Virus record (IMG/VR): IMGVR_UViG_3300036803_000057
Span: 1 to 42,727 of that record
Origin: a virus
Lineage: Duplodnaviria; Caudoviricetes
Reading direction: 5' to 3' (one strand)
DNA length: 42,727 nucleotides
In this document: positions 7,483 to 16,218 of the stretch, in pieces
Layout of the letters: each line of letters starts with the position of its first letter
Numbering within the stretch: position 1 is the first letter of the stretch
Program-made: the position numbers and the translations under genes
The notes under the pieces: model-generated
What the model was told of the DNA's origin: nothing
Databases searched by the model: none
The model's input: the letters and a program-made list of their open reading frames with translations, nothing else

Positions 7483-7652
7483 TTTTTCCCTCCCCATGTT
7501 TGCGCGGCCATCGCTCTAATGTGCGGGTCTGTGACGGTATGCCTGTCGATGGCTTCCTTTAGCTGGTCGGCCTCTCCCTGGGAGAAGAAGCGGCCCTCGA
7601 TCTCCGCGCTGACAGTCTTGAAATGAACCCTGCTTAGATTGTCCTCCGGCAT
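7479..7652 (-). CDS. 57-aa hypothetical protein (not in ORF track)
   Basis: GGAG RBS, TGATG coupling; MPEDNLSRVHFKTVSAEIEGRFFSQ...WGGKK. Confidence 0.6.
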   Translation of the reverse strand: MPEDNLSRVHFKTVSAEIEGRFFSQGEADQLKEAIDRHTVTDPHIRAMAAQTWGGKK

Positions 7653-7765
7653 CACTCTCCTCCCTTGTGCGCGGTCATCTCATGGAACGCCATCCAACGC
7701 CAACGGTTCCACGGCTTCACGTCGCGCGGGGGCCGTGCATCGCAACGCGGACAGACGCACGGCAC
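7652..7765 (-). CDS. Possible tiny zinc-finger peptide (start uncertain)
   Basis: CPRC...HEMTAH at the 3' end of ORF 7652..7993; fills an operon gap. Confidence 0.4.
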   Translation of the reverse strand: MPCVCPRCDARPPRDVKPWNRWRWMAFHEMTAHKGGE

Positions 7766-7775
7766 CCCAAGATGA

Positions 7776-8270
7776 TTACCGTACCTGCGTGCCGTAAATA
7801 AATGCTGCGACTTTGGCGGCAAACAGGCGCGGAGGTAGGTCATATTCAAACGCCACGCTGCGGCATATTTCGATGAATCTGCCGGAGGTAACTGCAATGA
7901 GCGCGTCGGGGATGCCATCTGGATTAGCTTGCCGTTCTTGATGGGCTTGGCCGTTGGTTTGGGTGATGCTGGCTGGCGTTGTGCGCTTGACAAGGCGGGT
8001 TTCCTTTCGGGTTTGGTGAATCCGGGTTATGTGGTGCTTCAATCCGTGCGGAACCTGGGCGATGAACTCGCAGTGCGGACACTGAAGCGGGTTTGGGGTG
8101 TCGGTCGGCACCATCGCGGCGGCGTTGGTCTTCTGCTTCCTTCTCTTGGCCGCTTTTGTGTGGAGTCCGATGCGTCCGTGTTCATACCTGCGGTGTCTGC
8201 CTAGCTGCTGGGGGCTGGGAGTGGAATAACTACAGTCGGGGCATTTTAGGGTTGGGGTGGTGGGATTCAA
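7776..8270 (-). CDS. Tandem C2H2 zinc-finger protein
   Basis: CPDC-x12-HRRYEH and CPHC-x12-HITRIH; AAGGAG RBS, TTG start. Confidence 0.8.
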   Translation of the reverse strand: MNPTTPTLKCPDCSYSTPSPQQLGRHRRYEHGRIGLHTKAAKRRKQKTNAAAMVPTDTPNPLQCPHCEFIAQVPHGLKHHITRIHQTRKETRLVKRTTPASITQTNGQAHQERQANPDGIPDALIAVTSGRFIEICRSVAFEYDLPPRLFAAKVAAFIYGTQVR

Positions 8271-8584
8271 TCGTTCTCCTTGTGTAGACGCCTCGCGGCG
8301 TCTTCCTCCCCTAGCCGCATGGCTTCCTCCGGCGTCGGGTGGGTTCTACCCCATAGGGGGTGTTGCGTGTTAAACAGCGTCATGGTTTTATCGGCGTTCT
8401 CAACACTCATGTAGGCGGTCGCAAAGCCGATGGCATCCAGCAGGTTTTTGCGTGCTTCGGGTTCGGTGAGGCTGCATACCCTGATTCGCGCGGCAACCTC
8501 CTCCTCGATGATCGCGGCGGCGGCGGCGGGTGTAGTTACCACGTCGTCCACGATGAGGTTTAGGATGTCGCTTATGCTTCTCAC
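8267..8584 (-). CDS. Hypothetical protein
   Basis: Coupled ORF. Confidence 0.7.
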   Translation of the reverse strand: MRSISDILNLIVDDVVTTPAAAAAIIEEEVAARIRVCSLTEPEARKNLLDAIGFATAYMSVENADKTMTLFNTQHPLWGRTHPTPEEAMRLGEEDAARRLHKEND

Positions 8585-8781
8585 CTGGGAACCCCTCGCT
8601 CTTGTTCTTCAATCAGGCGGTGGGCTTGAGCTAACAACATCCGGTCAAGTTCTAGTTTTTGCTGCCGTTCTTGTCGTCGTGTTTGTCGGTGTTCAACTGT
8701 TGCGGCGAAGATAGGGACTCCGGCGAGAATAGCGATGGTTGCGAGTCCTGCAAGGTTGAGGTCGGATAGATGGGCGTGCAT
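8581..8781 (-). CDS. Single-TM small protein
   Basis: AAGGAG RBS; LAGLATIAILAGVPIFAA then a charged helix. Confidence 0.6.
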   Translation of the reverse strand: MHAHLSDLNLAGLATIAILAGVPIFAATVEHRQTRRQERQQKLELDRMLLAQAHRLIEEQERGVPR

Positions 8782-8996
8782 CGGTGAGGCTCCTTTTTGA
8801 ATTGGTGGGCTTGGGGGCATGTGGCGAAGTGGGCGACTGCGGGGCTGTCTTCGTCGCGCATGAAGTTCATGGGGATGCGGTCGCCGTTGGGCGTCGTCCA
8901 CCATTCCATAGAGTCTCCGCACCCTTTACAGCGTCCGTAGTTACTCCGCTCGTATCCGGCTGCAATCATCCCGGCGCATGTGGCGGGGAAGCTCAT
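8652..8996 (-). CDS. Zn-ribbon hypothetical phage protein
   Basis: CKGCG..WWTTPNG..IPM...HFATCP; ATGA overlap. Confidence 0.7.
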   Translation of the reverse strand: MSFPATCAGMIAAGYERSNYGRCKGCGDSMEWWTTPNGDRIPMNFMRDEDSPAVAHFATCPQAHQFKKEPHRCTPIYPTSTLQDSQPSLFSPESLSSPQQLNTDKHDDKNGSKN

Positions 8997-9565
8997 TGCA
9001 CCACCCACCAATCGGGTAGCAGGTTGATTTGCGTGAAGTCGTTACCCTCGAACGGCTCGTTTTTTAGCCATTCCACGCTGTCCCGCTTGCCTTCGACGTA
9101 GGACGCTAGGCGCAAGATCGGTTTGATGCCTGGGCCTTTCAGGGCTACCATCACGGCCTCTTTCCAAAGGTGGCGCGGGAGTCGTTTGATCTCGAAGTTA
9201 TACCGCTTCATCACTTCCCCGTAGATACGCTTGTACTCTTCAAAGTCATTCTTGCCGGGGGGCTTGATATTGAAGTGCTCACACATTGCGGTTGAGAGTG
9301 TCCAGCGGCTATCTGCGATGAGAAACACGGCCTTTGCGTCTGCGGCCTTCGCGGTCATGCTGAGAGCTAGGAACATGCGGCGTTTCTCCTCCTCGTCTTT
9401 CCATAACATCGGAATCATTGTGCTGGGTTGGAATCCGTCGCACACTATCCCGGCGCATTGCGCCATCTTTTCATCCTCGCTGTACTTGTACTGAGCACGA
9501 ATTTTCTTTGCTCTCCACAACAATCCCTCAACCAGCTTTTCGTAATTCTCCTGCGTATCTACCAT
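8993..9565 (-). CDS. Hypothetical protein
   Basis: GAGG RBS before MVDTQ; overlaps upstream stop. Confidence 0.7.
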   Translation of the reverse strand: MVDTQENYEKLVEGLLWRAKKIRAQYKYSEDEKMAQCAGIVCDGFQPSTMIPMLWKDEEEKRRMFLALSMTAKAADAKAVFLIADSRWTLSTAMCEHFNIKPPGKNDFEEYKRIYGEVMKRYNFEIKRLPRHLWKEAVMVALKGPGIKPILRLASYVEGKRDSVEWLKNEPFEGNDFTQINLLPDWWVVQ

Positions 9566-10128
9566 TCGTCTTCCTCGTCGTCGTAGTTCGCCCATGTACT
9601 GTCCCGGCCAATCGTCCAAAAAACGAAGTGCCTCCACCTGGGCGGGATGAGGCATTGCAGTTTGAGCCTGTCGTGCGAGTCTTCGGCCTCGCTCCGGGTG
9701 GCATAGCGGAGTTGCAGTTGGTCATGGGGGAAGTTCTTTTTGACGTAGGCGGCGTGGGCCTCGGCCTCGGCTATCAGTGCCTCGTCTCCATACTCCGGCT
9801 GTTCTCCCCGGATGGCGCGGGATAGCGCGGGGAGGGCGCAAGGGATTATTGCTTCCGGGTCGGGCGCAAATAACATCGTCTCGAAGATGAGCGGGGGGCC
9901 GGACATAAAGCTTTGGTCTAGTCCTAACCACACGGTAGACAACCGCTCCCCGTAGATCGTCCGGGCGTGGCCTACGCTCCGGTTCTCTTCCATGAGCATC
10001 GCCCACTTGATTGTCGCGGGGAGGAGATCGTCGTCAAGGATGGGCTTGCCGTCCGGGTGGTAGTACATGGGCCGCGTGGCACGCCATCCCAATACATCTT
10101 CTCCGTCCCGCTTTACCTCTTCGGTCAT
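9559..10128 (-). CDS. Hypothetical phage protein
   Basis: STVWLGLD...PPLIFETMLF...RYAT..EA..H motif; GGGAG RBS. Confidence 0.75.
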   Translation of the reverse strand: MTEEVKRDGEDVLGWRATRPMYYHPDGKPILDDDLLPATIKWAMLMEENRSVGHARTIYGERLSTVWLGLDQSFMSGPPLIFETMLFAPDPEAIIPCALPALSRAIRGEQPEYGDEALIAEAEAHAAYVKKNFPHDQLQLRYATRSEAEDSHDRLKLQCLIPPRWRHFVFWTIGRDSTWANYDDEEDEW

Positions 10129-10282
10129 GCTCTCCCTTTCAGTTCGGGGAGGGGGGTTGTGGGGTGTGCTCCGGTAGCTCACCCTCTCCCCCTCCCTTCC
10201 CTATCCAGAACGTGCCGGAACCCTGCCGGGGAACCTGCGGTGTCCTGTCCTTCCGGTGGCGTCTTAAGCCGTCGCCGGAATC

Positions 10283-10507
10283 TCAATGGCAAAACTCTTC
10301 CATGTATTCGTCATATGCCTGTTGAAGTTTCACGGATAGGTCTTGGGCGTGAACGTCTCGCCAATCCGCAAATTGCGCGTCGTTGTATCTCGGCCCTTCG
10401 CCGCTGCCGATGATTAGCTTCTCTGCAAATTGGTAGATATTTTTATCCACTCCTGCGGGTGTCAGGTCAATCGTTGGTGCAACGTTTACCTTCGTGGGTT
10501 CACTCAT
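10283..10507 (-). CDS. Hypothetical protein
   Basis: GGAGG RBS, coupled. Confidence 0.65.
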   Translation of the reverse strand: MSEPTKVNVAPTIDLTPAGVDKNIYQFAEKLIIGSGEGPRYNDAQFADWRDVHAQDLSVKLQQAYDEYMEEFCH

Positions 10508-10652
10508 CGCCTTCCTCCTCCTCCTCGTCGTCGTCTTCTACAAGTTCGGCGGTGGCTTCCGCCTGGGATAACGCTTCATCAACGGCCATGCCTTCATCGT
10601 CGGCCTCGACTTCGATGCTTGCTTCGGGGATGTGTACGCAATACTTAGGCAC
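10500..10652 (-). CDS. 50-aa highly acidic protein (not in ORF track)
   Basis: AAGGAGG RBS, GTG; MPKYCVHIPEASIEVEADDEGMAVDEALSQAEATAELVEDDDEEEEEGDE. Confidence 0.7.
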   Translation of the reverse strand: MPKYCVHIPEASIEVEADDEGMAVDEALSQAEATAELVEDDDEEEEEGDE

Positions 10653-11160
10653 TCGCGGCCTCCTTTGCGAACAATGCGGCTTCGATCTCGGCTCCGGTGA
10701 TCTTCCATCCTTCGCCCTGGGGCCAACTCGCTACTACTCTGTTTTTGAATCGCTGATACCAGCGAAGGGCTAACTCCTCTTCCATGTCTCCGGCCAAGAG
10801 GTCAAGCAGGATGGCTAGTGCAAGCTGCGCGGGGCCGCTGCCGTTGTATCCCCAGCTAAACCCGGTAGGGGAATGGTTCCTGACCTTCAAGGATTTCTCC
10901 GGGGTTAGCGGCTTCCCGTTGGCTAGGACAATGCCGTCGGGTCGGCCTTCATAGACTTTGGTAGCGCGTTTTACCAACGTCTCCGCAACCGAACACTCGT
11001 TGCACTGGAAGGAGGTCGGCTTGATCTCATCAATGACCTTCTGCGAGAAATACGGCCAGCCTGGGTCGCCACATGAGCGGCACGGGATAGGCTCTTTGCG
11101 GTCGTCGGGATAATCCTCGCGTGGGGCTGGCCATAGGGTGATGATGACTTCGTTAGGCAC
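10645..11160 (-). CDS. DUF6166-like protein with N-terminal Zn ribbon
   Basis: RNHSPTGFSWGYNGSGPAQLALAIL, YQRFK; CRSC...CNEC. Confidence 0.8.
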   Translation of the reverse strand: MPNEVIITLWPAPREDYPDDRKEPIPCRSCGDPGWPYFSQKVIDEIKPTSFQCNECSVAETLVKRATKVYEGRPDGIVLANGKPLTPEKSLKVRNHSPTGFSWGYNGSGPAQLALAILLDLLAGDMEEELALRWYQRFKNRVVASWPQGEGWKITGAEIEAALFAKEAASA

Positions 11161-11173
11161 TCGCGGCCTCCTT
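10645..11173. repeat. 21-bp direct repeat flanking the DUF6166 gene
   Basis: TTAGGCACTCGCGGCCTCCTT at 10645-10665 and 11153-11173. Confidence 0.95.
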
Positions 11174-12508
11174 CTTCTTGCGTGTCGCCCTGGGCTTGAC
11201 GCTGGCGGCTGGCGGCTCCTCGTTGACGGCGGCGACTTCGCCGTCTTCAAGGTAGACGCCAACCTTGCCGGACGTGTCCACCACTTCAACAAAAATCTGG
11301 TAGTCGTGGGCCTCGGCCATCTCCGCAAGAATGTGCATCGCCTTGTCGTCCAAGAGTGAGCCGTCTTTGATTCGCATCACGCGAAGCTCCGGGTTTGCGG
11401 CCATCCCGATAGCGACGGCGCACCTGATCTGTTCGGCGTTGCTTACCTGATTGAAGGGGAACCCGCGATATACAACCTCGTCCTCGCCAAACGCCAAACC
11501 GGGTACGGGGAACTCGGCCTTCGTGAGTGCTTCGGTCTTCTGCGCCTCGCGCGTATCAAGGGCTTCGCTCAAGGTCACGATCTCCGTCTCAAGCTGGGCG
11601 GCTTCCCGGTCGTACTGCTCATAAAGGCTGCGGCGGTCGATGCCGGAGTTGGTCTTGCGTGCGGCCTCGATCTGCTCGGCAAGCTGGGCGGCGTTGCGCG
11701 GCTCGGCCAACGGCTCCCACTTGCTTTTTTCGGCCTTCATCGCGTCAAGTCGGGCCGATGCTTTTTGCTGCTCCGCTTTCATCCGCGCAACCTCTTCCGC
11801 TATTTGCGCGAGTTTTTTGGTTCGTTCTTCTGAACTGCGGATTAACTGCTCACCCTCCTGCTCGAAGTCCTCGCGCTCCCGCTTCTGCTGCTCGATGGCG
11901 GCGTTGAAGTCGCTGGCCTCGCGTAGCTGCTTGACTAGCGCGGCCTCGTCCACCTTCGCCTTCGGCAACCCGTCCGGCACATACACGGCATCCCGGCGCG
12001 TCTCTACGGCAATCTTCTCCTTCTTGGCCTCGCGGCGGCGGAGGTAGTCGGCCTGATAGTCGGCCTCAAGCTGGTCAAGGTCGATCTCCACCTTGACGAG
12101 TGAGCGCAACACTTCAAGCTGTTTCTTCGGGTGCATCCGCAAAAACTCCAGCGGGTCAAAACTGATCTTGCCCATGTAGCTATCGAGCAATGCCTGGGCA
12201 CCCTGGAAGCGGTTGCGCGTGTCTTTGGCCTCGATAACAAGGGTTCCGTTCTTGCTGCCTCCCTCGGTGAAGCGGCGGGTGACGATGATCTCGCCCAAGT
12301 CAAGCTGAATGGTGGCGCGGCCTGAACCCTTGCGGACGGGCTGCGATGGCACGGTGCTCGTCCCGGTCAAAGCCCATTCGATGCCGTCTAGCACGCTGGT
12401 CTTGCCGGAGCCGTTGGCTCCGCTGATGCGGTTGATGTACTTGTTCGGCGTCAAGTCTAGAACCTTGAGCCTTTTAACGTTCTCCTGCTTCATTCCAATG
12501 ATTCTCAA
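11153..12508 (-). CDS. Rad50/SMC-like coiled-coil ATPase
   Basis: Walker A GANGSGKTS, long coiled coil, degenerate signature VSNAEQ and Walker B VMRIKDGSLLD. Confidence 0.85.
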   Translation of the reverse strand: MRIIGMKQENVKRLKVLDLTPNKYINRISGANGSGKTSVLDGIEWALTGTSTVPSQPVRKGSGRATIQLDLGEIIVTRRFTEGGSKNGTLVIEAKDTRNRFQGAQALLDSYMGKISFDPLEFLRMHPKKQLEVLRSLVKVEIDLDQLEADYQADYLRRREAKKEKIAVETRRDAVYVPDGLPKAKVDEAALVKQLREASDFNAAIEQQKREREDFEQEGEQLIRSSEERTKKLAQIAEEVARMKAEQQKASARLDAMKAEKSKWEPLAEPRNAAQLAEQIEAARKTNSGIDRRSLYEQYDREAAQLETEIVTLSEALDTREAQKTEALTKAEFPVPGLAFGEDEVVYRGFPFNQVSNAEQIRCAVAIGMAANPELRVMRIKDGSLLDDKAMHILAEMAEAHDYQIFVEVVDTSGKVGVYLEDGEVAAVNEEPPAASVKPRATRKKKEAASA

Positions 12509-12738
12509 GCTGCTACCTCTTTCGTGGGTTCAGTCTTCGCGGGGGGTGCAATCCCCATCTTCGTCTCGATGATGGCAAGCCGCACATTGATCGCGCCTAG
12601 CTTTTCTGCCATCTCCAAGCGGAAGTTTTTAAGCTCCGTTGACAACTCTTTATAGTCGGAGCGGTTGAAGAGTAAGCCGATGAGCGATACGAGGGTTGGG
12701 ATGGATACGGCTAGGAAAAGTTGGGCGGTGGGATTCAA
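12505..12738 (-). CDS. Single-TM coiled-coil small protein
   Basis: LFLAVSIPTLVSLIGLLF then an amphipathic helix; coupled. Confidence 0.7.
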   Translation of the reverse strand: MNPTAQLFLAVSIPTLVSLIGLLFNRSDYKELSTELKNFRLEMAEKLGAINVRLAIIETKMGIAPPAKTEPTKEVAA

Positions 12739-12920
12739 CGCGGCCCTGCTTTCTTCTTCTTTGCTGCGATGGGTTCCGGCTCTTGGTGGCCGTTGGAGTA
12801 GTGCTGTTCAAGTAGCTCGTTGACGATGTAGTTGCGAGATCGCTTGCGGCGTCTCGCCTCTTCGTCCAGCTTCGCAACGATGCCTATGGGAGTGCGGAGT
12901 GTTACGGTCGTGGATTCCAT
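12735..12920 (-). CDS. Ribbon-helix-helix (CopG/Arc-like) regulator
   Basis: TVTLRTP..IVAKLDEEARRRKRSRNYIVNELL. Confidence 0.8.
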   Translation of the reverse strand: MESTTVTLRTPIGIVAKLDEEARRRKRSRNYIVNELLEQHYSNGHQEPEPIAAKKKKAGPR

Positions 12921-12927
12921 AGACCAC

Positions 12928-12955
12928 ACTCTATCACAGATGAACACAAAGTAAA
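12928..12955 (-). promoter_or_regulatory. Promoter of the accessory operon, probably leaderless
   Basis: TTTACT-16 nt-TAGAGT with TGn extension, 7 nt before ATG 12920; no RBS. Confidence 0.5.
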
Positions 12956-12957
12956 CG

Positions 12958-12994
12958 CAAAAAAAATACCGGAGAGGTCGTGGACTCCCCGGTT
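12958..12994 (-). terminator. Intrinsic terminator after the late genes
   Basis: ACCGGGGAG...CTCTCCGGT stem then T8. Confidence 0.8.
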
Positions 12995-13023
12995 CTCAGT
13001 TTGTGCAAAATGAAGAAGTGCCT

Positions 13024-13329
13024 TCAGTCGATCTTACCGTATGTCCTGGTCACGGTGCCGTGGATACCAGCGGCTATCAGGCCGATGCAGAGGTAGATGG
13101 CAAGGGCTGTCCATGTTAGCTCGAAGCGGAAGACGACGAACAACGCGACGGCGGCAAGGGCGGCGTTGCTCAAGATCGCGGCCCATCCCTGGATGCGGGG
13201 CATGAACAGTTTGGCGAATTGCAGGGCGGTGGTGATGATGATGGCGCAAAAAAGCATCCGCTCCGGTTCGGTGAGGAAGTCGGCGCGGATGGCGGTAGGA
13301 AGTGAAAGTCTGTTAACCATTGGCTGCAA
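13024..13329 (-). CDS. Holin-like multi-TM protein (start uncertain)
   Basis: Three hydrophobic segments, C-terminal AAGIHG, end of the late region. Confidence 0.55.
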   Translation of the reverse strand: MQPMVNRLSLPTAIRADFLTEPERMLFCAIIITTALQFAKLFMPRIQGWAAILSNAALAAVALFVVFRFELTWTALAIYLCIGLIAAGIHGTVTRTYGKID

Positions 13330-13339
13330 CCCATCTTAC

Positions 13340-13370
13340 AAAAAGAGGGCCGGGGTGTGGCTCCCGGCCT
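13340..13370 (-). terminator. Terminator after tail fibre
   Basis: GGCCGGG...CCCGGCC stem then CTCTTTTT. Confidence 0.6.
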
Positions 13371-13419
13371 ATAAATCCCTAGAGGGAGTCTTACTCCCAC
13401 GCCTGGAACTATACGCTTT

Positions 13420-15906
13420 TCAGGCGGCTATGTCGGTGGTGATGATTAGCGGTTCCACGTCGGCGCGAACGGCTTTTACTTCCCAGTAAAACCGCTGCGA
13501 AACGTACTCCGATCGCACAGTAAACTTGCCGTCTTTGACCCTGGATGCTGCCAGCTTGCCCATATCGGTGTCGTCGTCCTCGAAGAGTTCGGTGAGTTGT
13601 ACGGTGCGGCCTGTCTTGGCGGTGAGGGCTTCAAAGTAATCCGGTAGCGTGATGGTGGCGAGTCCGTCTTCTCCGGTCTGCCCTTCCCCGCGATAGTAGA
13701 CGCCATGCTCCGGGCCTTCGAGACAGCCGTGAATGAGTTGTTTGCTTGGGTCGTTTGGATGGATAATTTTGAAGGTCTTGGACGCTGCGGTCATGTTGCC
13801 GATGATGGACAGGTTGCCACTTTTGTCCAGTACCATATTTGGGGCTGAGGCTCCTCCCACGCTTGCGCCGGGGTTGGCATCGAACCACTTGAATCCTCCC
13901 GGTGTGGCTCCGCTGCCGTTGATGAAGTCCGTCTCTCCGTTCCCTCCGCTGAGGTTCCACGCGACATTCAAACCTTGCTTCACGGTGAGCGAGCCGGGAT
14001 TACCGCCGACTACATTGAGTGCGCCGGGAATACTCATGTTGGCGCTGGCGTCAATCTCCACAGCGGCGGCGGCTCCATAGATAACAAGTTGAGCCTTGTT
14101 GTTCACAGGGTCATAGCAGAACAAGGCGCATTGGTTGGCTGTCTCCGCTTTGCCCACGGCGAGATAGACCGAACCGCTGGTCACGTTGGGCTGCAAAATG
14201 GAGGCGGCGACCGTCCCGGCTCCGCTGGTTGTATTGTTGACAGTCAGTTTGCCCGTTCCAGTGAGCGTCATGGTGGGTACGGTGCTGCCGCCTATTGCCG
14301 TACTGGGAGCGACGGAGTACCAGTTGAATCCGTTGCGTAGTCCACCCGTTGATACGTTGATGAAGTCGGCCTCACCCGAACCGCTCGATAGATTCCACAT
14401 CGTCATCAAAGAGCCGATTGCATTTGTGTTTATACCTGCGGCTGCATTGAAGTCGGACGATACTATTTGTCCGGTAAGGTTGCCGGATAAATACAGGTTC
14501 CCGGCCTTGTCAAGACGCATAGTTGAGGTCGTTGAGCCGTCAATCGCTGTTCCCGGTGCAACGTCGTACCATGTGAATCCCCCAAATGCTGCTGCATCGC
14601 TCACGTTGATGAAGTCTGTCTCCTGTTCGTTGCCGAACTGGGTCGATGCGTTCCACGCCATCATCGCGGCTCCGGTGCGTCCCGGCATCGCTTCCGCCAC
14701 AATCTCATTGTTTGTTCCAGCGACTATCAGGTTGCCGTTTGGTACGGGGAGATTCCCTTCTGTGTTGAAGCGTGGGACGGTGGCCGGGTCGATGGGTGCT
14801 GTCCATGCGTCTCCATCGGAGACGGCGATTCCTGCGGCGGGATAGGTGGCGAGGGTGGCGGGGTCGATGGAGTCTGTCTCCCATGCGGTTCCAGTGGAGA
14901 CACCGATGCCTGCGGGGGGATAGTCGGGGCCATCCGGCCCATCGGGTGTATTGGCGAAGGTGCGGACGGGGGAGTTGGCGACGGTGGCGGCTCCGAAGCT
15001 GGCGGACGGGGATGCGATGGCTCCTCCCGGTTGAACGACAAGGGCGGCGGCATTGGTTCCTCCGATGTAGGTGCCGCCGTCTCCCACTTGGCCTTGCAGG
15101 ACTACCGCGACGGGGCTTTTAACTAGTAGCGGCTGGGCGGCGGGGGATGTGATGGCAGGTACGGTGAGCGTGTTGCTTACGGTGGCGGCGGGAGTGGTGA
15201 GCGCGGGGGTGGTGATGGCTCCTGTCTCGTCAATGACCGTGGGGGTTGTGCCTTCGCCTCCGATGTAAGTCTTGCCGCATCCGGCGAGTGCGTTGATGTT
15301 CACGTATCCCGGTGTTCCCGGTGCTCCCGCTCCTGTTCCCGCTACGCCTCCATAGAGAATTACGTTGCCGCCGTCGCCGTTGGTGCTGCCTGCGGGTGCG
15401 TCTCCTCCGTCGCCTCCGCGCATGAATAGCTCTGCGGCTGTCCCGGCTTTCTGTCCGGTGGTTCCGGTGGTGTCCTGGCCGTCTCCTGCCGTGAGCACTA
15501 ACCGCGCAGCAGAGTCCGCAGGGTTGCCGGGGATGGCGGCGGGGCGGTGGCCTTCTATCAAAAGCTGAAACCCTTGTAGTTCCAAGTCCGAAGTAAACGG
15601 CAAAAATCCATTCATGTAAATCATCGGGCCAACGTAGGCGGTGCCGTTCCATTCGTAGTACAGCGGATTGGGGCCGCGCTGGTCTTCGATGTTGACGGCT
15701 CCGCTGCCTCCGGTCACGGCGGCGATGGTATCGCTGCCCTGATAGCCAGCGGGAATGATGACGCGGTATTCCTGGCCGTCTGCGGTGGTCTGGGTGACGC
15801 CAAAGCTAACCGCTTGCTGGATGGTTTGCAGAAACCCCTTGCCCACATAGAGGTCGTTGTTGATCTGCTGGTTCTGCGTCGGTGCTGCCAGTGTCGAAGT
15901 GCTCAT
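13420..15906 (-). CDS. Tail fibre/spike with probable C-terminal chaperone domain
   Basis: G/T/A/N-rich; three WN.S..GE.DFIN...GF.W repeats; C-terminal KTFKIIHP..LIHGCLEGPE.GVYYRG. Confidence 0.8.
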   Translation of the reverse strand: MSTSTLAAPTQNQQINNDLYVGKGFLQTIQQAVSFGVTQTTADGQEYRVIIPAGYQGSDTIAAVTGGSGAVNIEDQRGPNPLYYEWNGTAYVGPMIYMNGFLPFTSDLELQGFQLLIEGHRPAAIPGNPADSAARLVLTAGDGQDTTGTTGQKAGTAAELFMRGGDGGDAPAGSTNGDGGNVILYGGVAGTGAGAPGTPGYVNINALAGCGKTYIGGEGTTPTVIDETGAITTPALTTPAATVSNTLTVPAITSPAAQPLLVKSPVAVVLQGQVGDGGTYIGGTNAAALVVQPGGAIASPSASFGAATVANSPVRTFANTPDGPDGPDYPPAGIGVSTGTAWETDSIDPATLATYPAAGIAVSDGDAWTAPIDPATVPRFNTEGNLPVPNGNLIVAGTNNEIVAEAMPGRTGAAMMAWNASTQFGNEQETDFINVSDAAAFGGFTWYDVAPGTAIDGSTTSTMRLDKAGNLYLSGNLTGQIVSSDFNAAAGINTNAIGSLMTMWNLSSGSGEADFINVSTGGLRNGFNWYSVAPSTAIGGSTVPTMTLTGTGKLTVNNTTSGAGTVAASILQPNVTSGSVYLAVGKAETANQCALFCYDPVNNKAQLVIYGAAAAVEIDASANMSIPGALNVVGGNPGSLTVKQGLNVAWNLSGGNGETDFINGSGATPGGFKWFDANPGASVGGASAPNMVLDKSGNLSIIGNMTAASKTFKIIHPNDPSKQLIHGCLEGPEHGVYYRGEGQTGEDGLATITLPDYFEALTAKTGRTVQLTELFEDDDTDMGKLAASRVKDGKFTVRSEYVSQRFYWEVKAVRADVEPLIITTDIAA

Positions 15907-15915
15907 GTGCGGCTC

Positions 15916-16218
15916 CTATTGGTAGGTTGCGGGAATATCTGCCCTCATCGTGCCGCCGTACATCCCCACAAAGTTCTGCACGGTGTAGGAGTTTGGCGCG
16001 GGGTTTACTGCGGTTCCGTTCTCACACTGCACGGGCCATGTGAACTTGTAACCGCCTTTGGCGTCCTGGTGAATGATGAAGGTGTAGAGCACGCCTGGGA
16101 TGATGTTCCTGATGCGCGGGGTATCGACGTGGCTTACCATCTCGATCTGCCAGCAAACAGCAACATTGCAGTCAAACAGCATGGAGCCGGAGGATTCGAC
16201 TTTTCGGAAGGTTCTCAT
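15916..16218 (-). CDS. Tail-associated small protein
   Basis: LYTFIIHQDAKGG..FTWP domain shared with the upstream gene. Confidence 0.7.
   Translation of the reverse strand: MRTFRKVESSGSMLFDCNVAVCWQIEMVSHVDTPRIRNIIPGVLYTFIIHQDAKGGYKFTWPVQCENGTAVNPAPNSYTVQNFVGMYGGTMRADIPATYQ

Noticed and set aside
11153-12508. Condensin/Wadjet or SbcCD system
   Set aside because: No kleisin, hinge or SbcD nuclease partner; only 451 aa
8259-12738. 12-bp repeat GGTGGGATTCAA at two TTG starts (MNPT)
   Set aside because: Short and 4.5 kb apart; compatible with chance
13420-15906. Diversity-generating retroelement target
   Set aside because: No reverse transcriptase and no TR/VR pair with adenine-specific differences noticed
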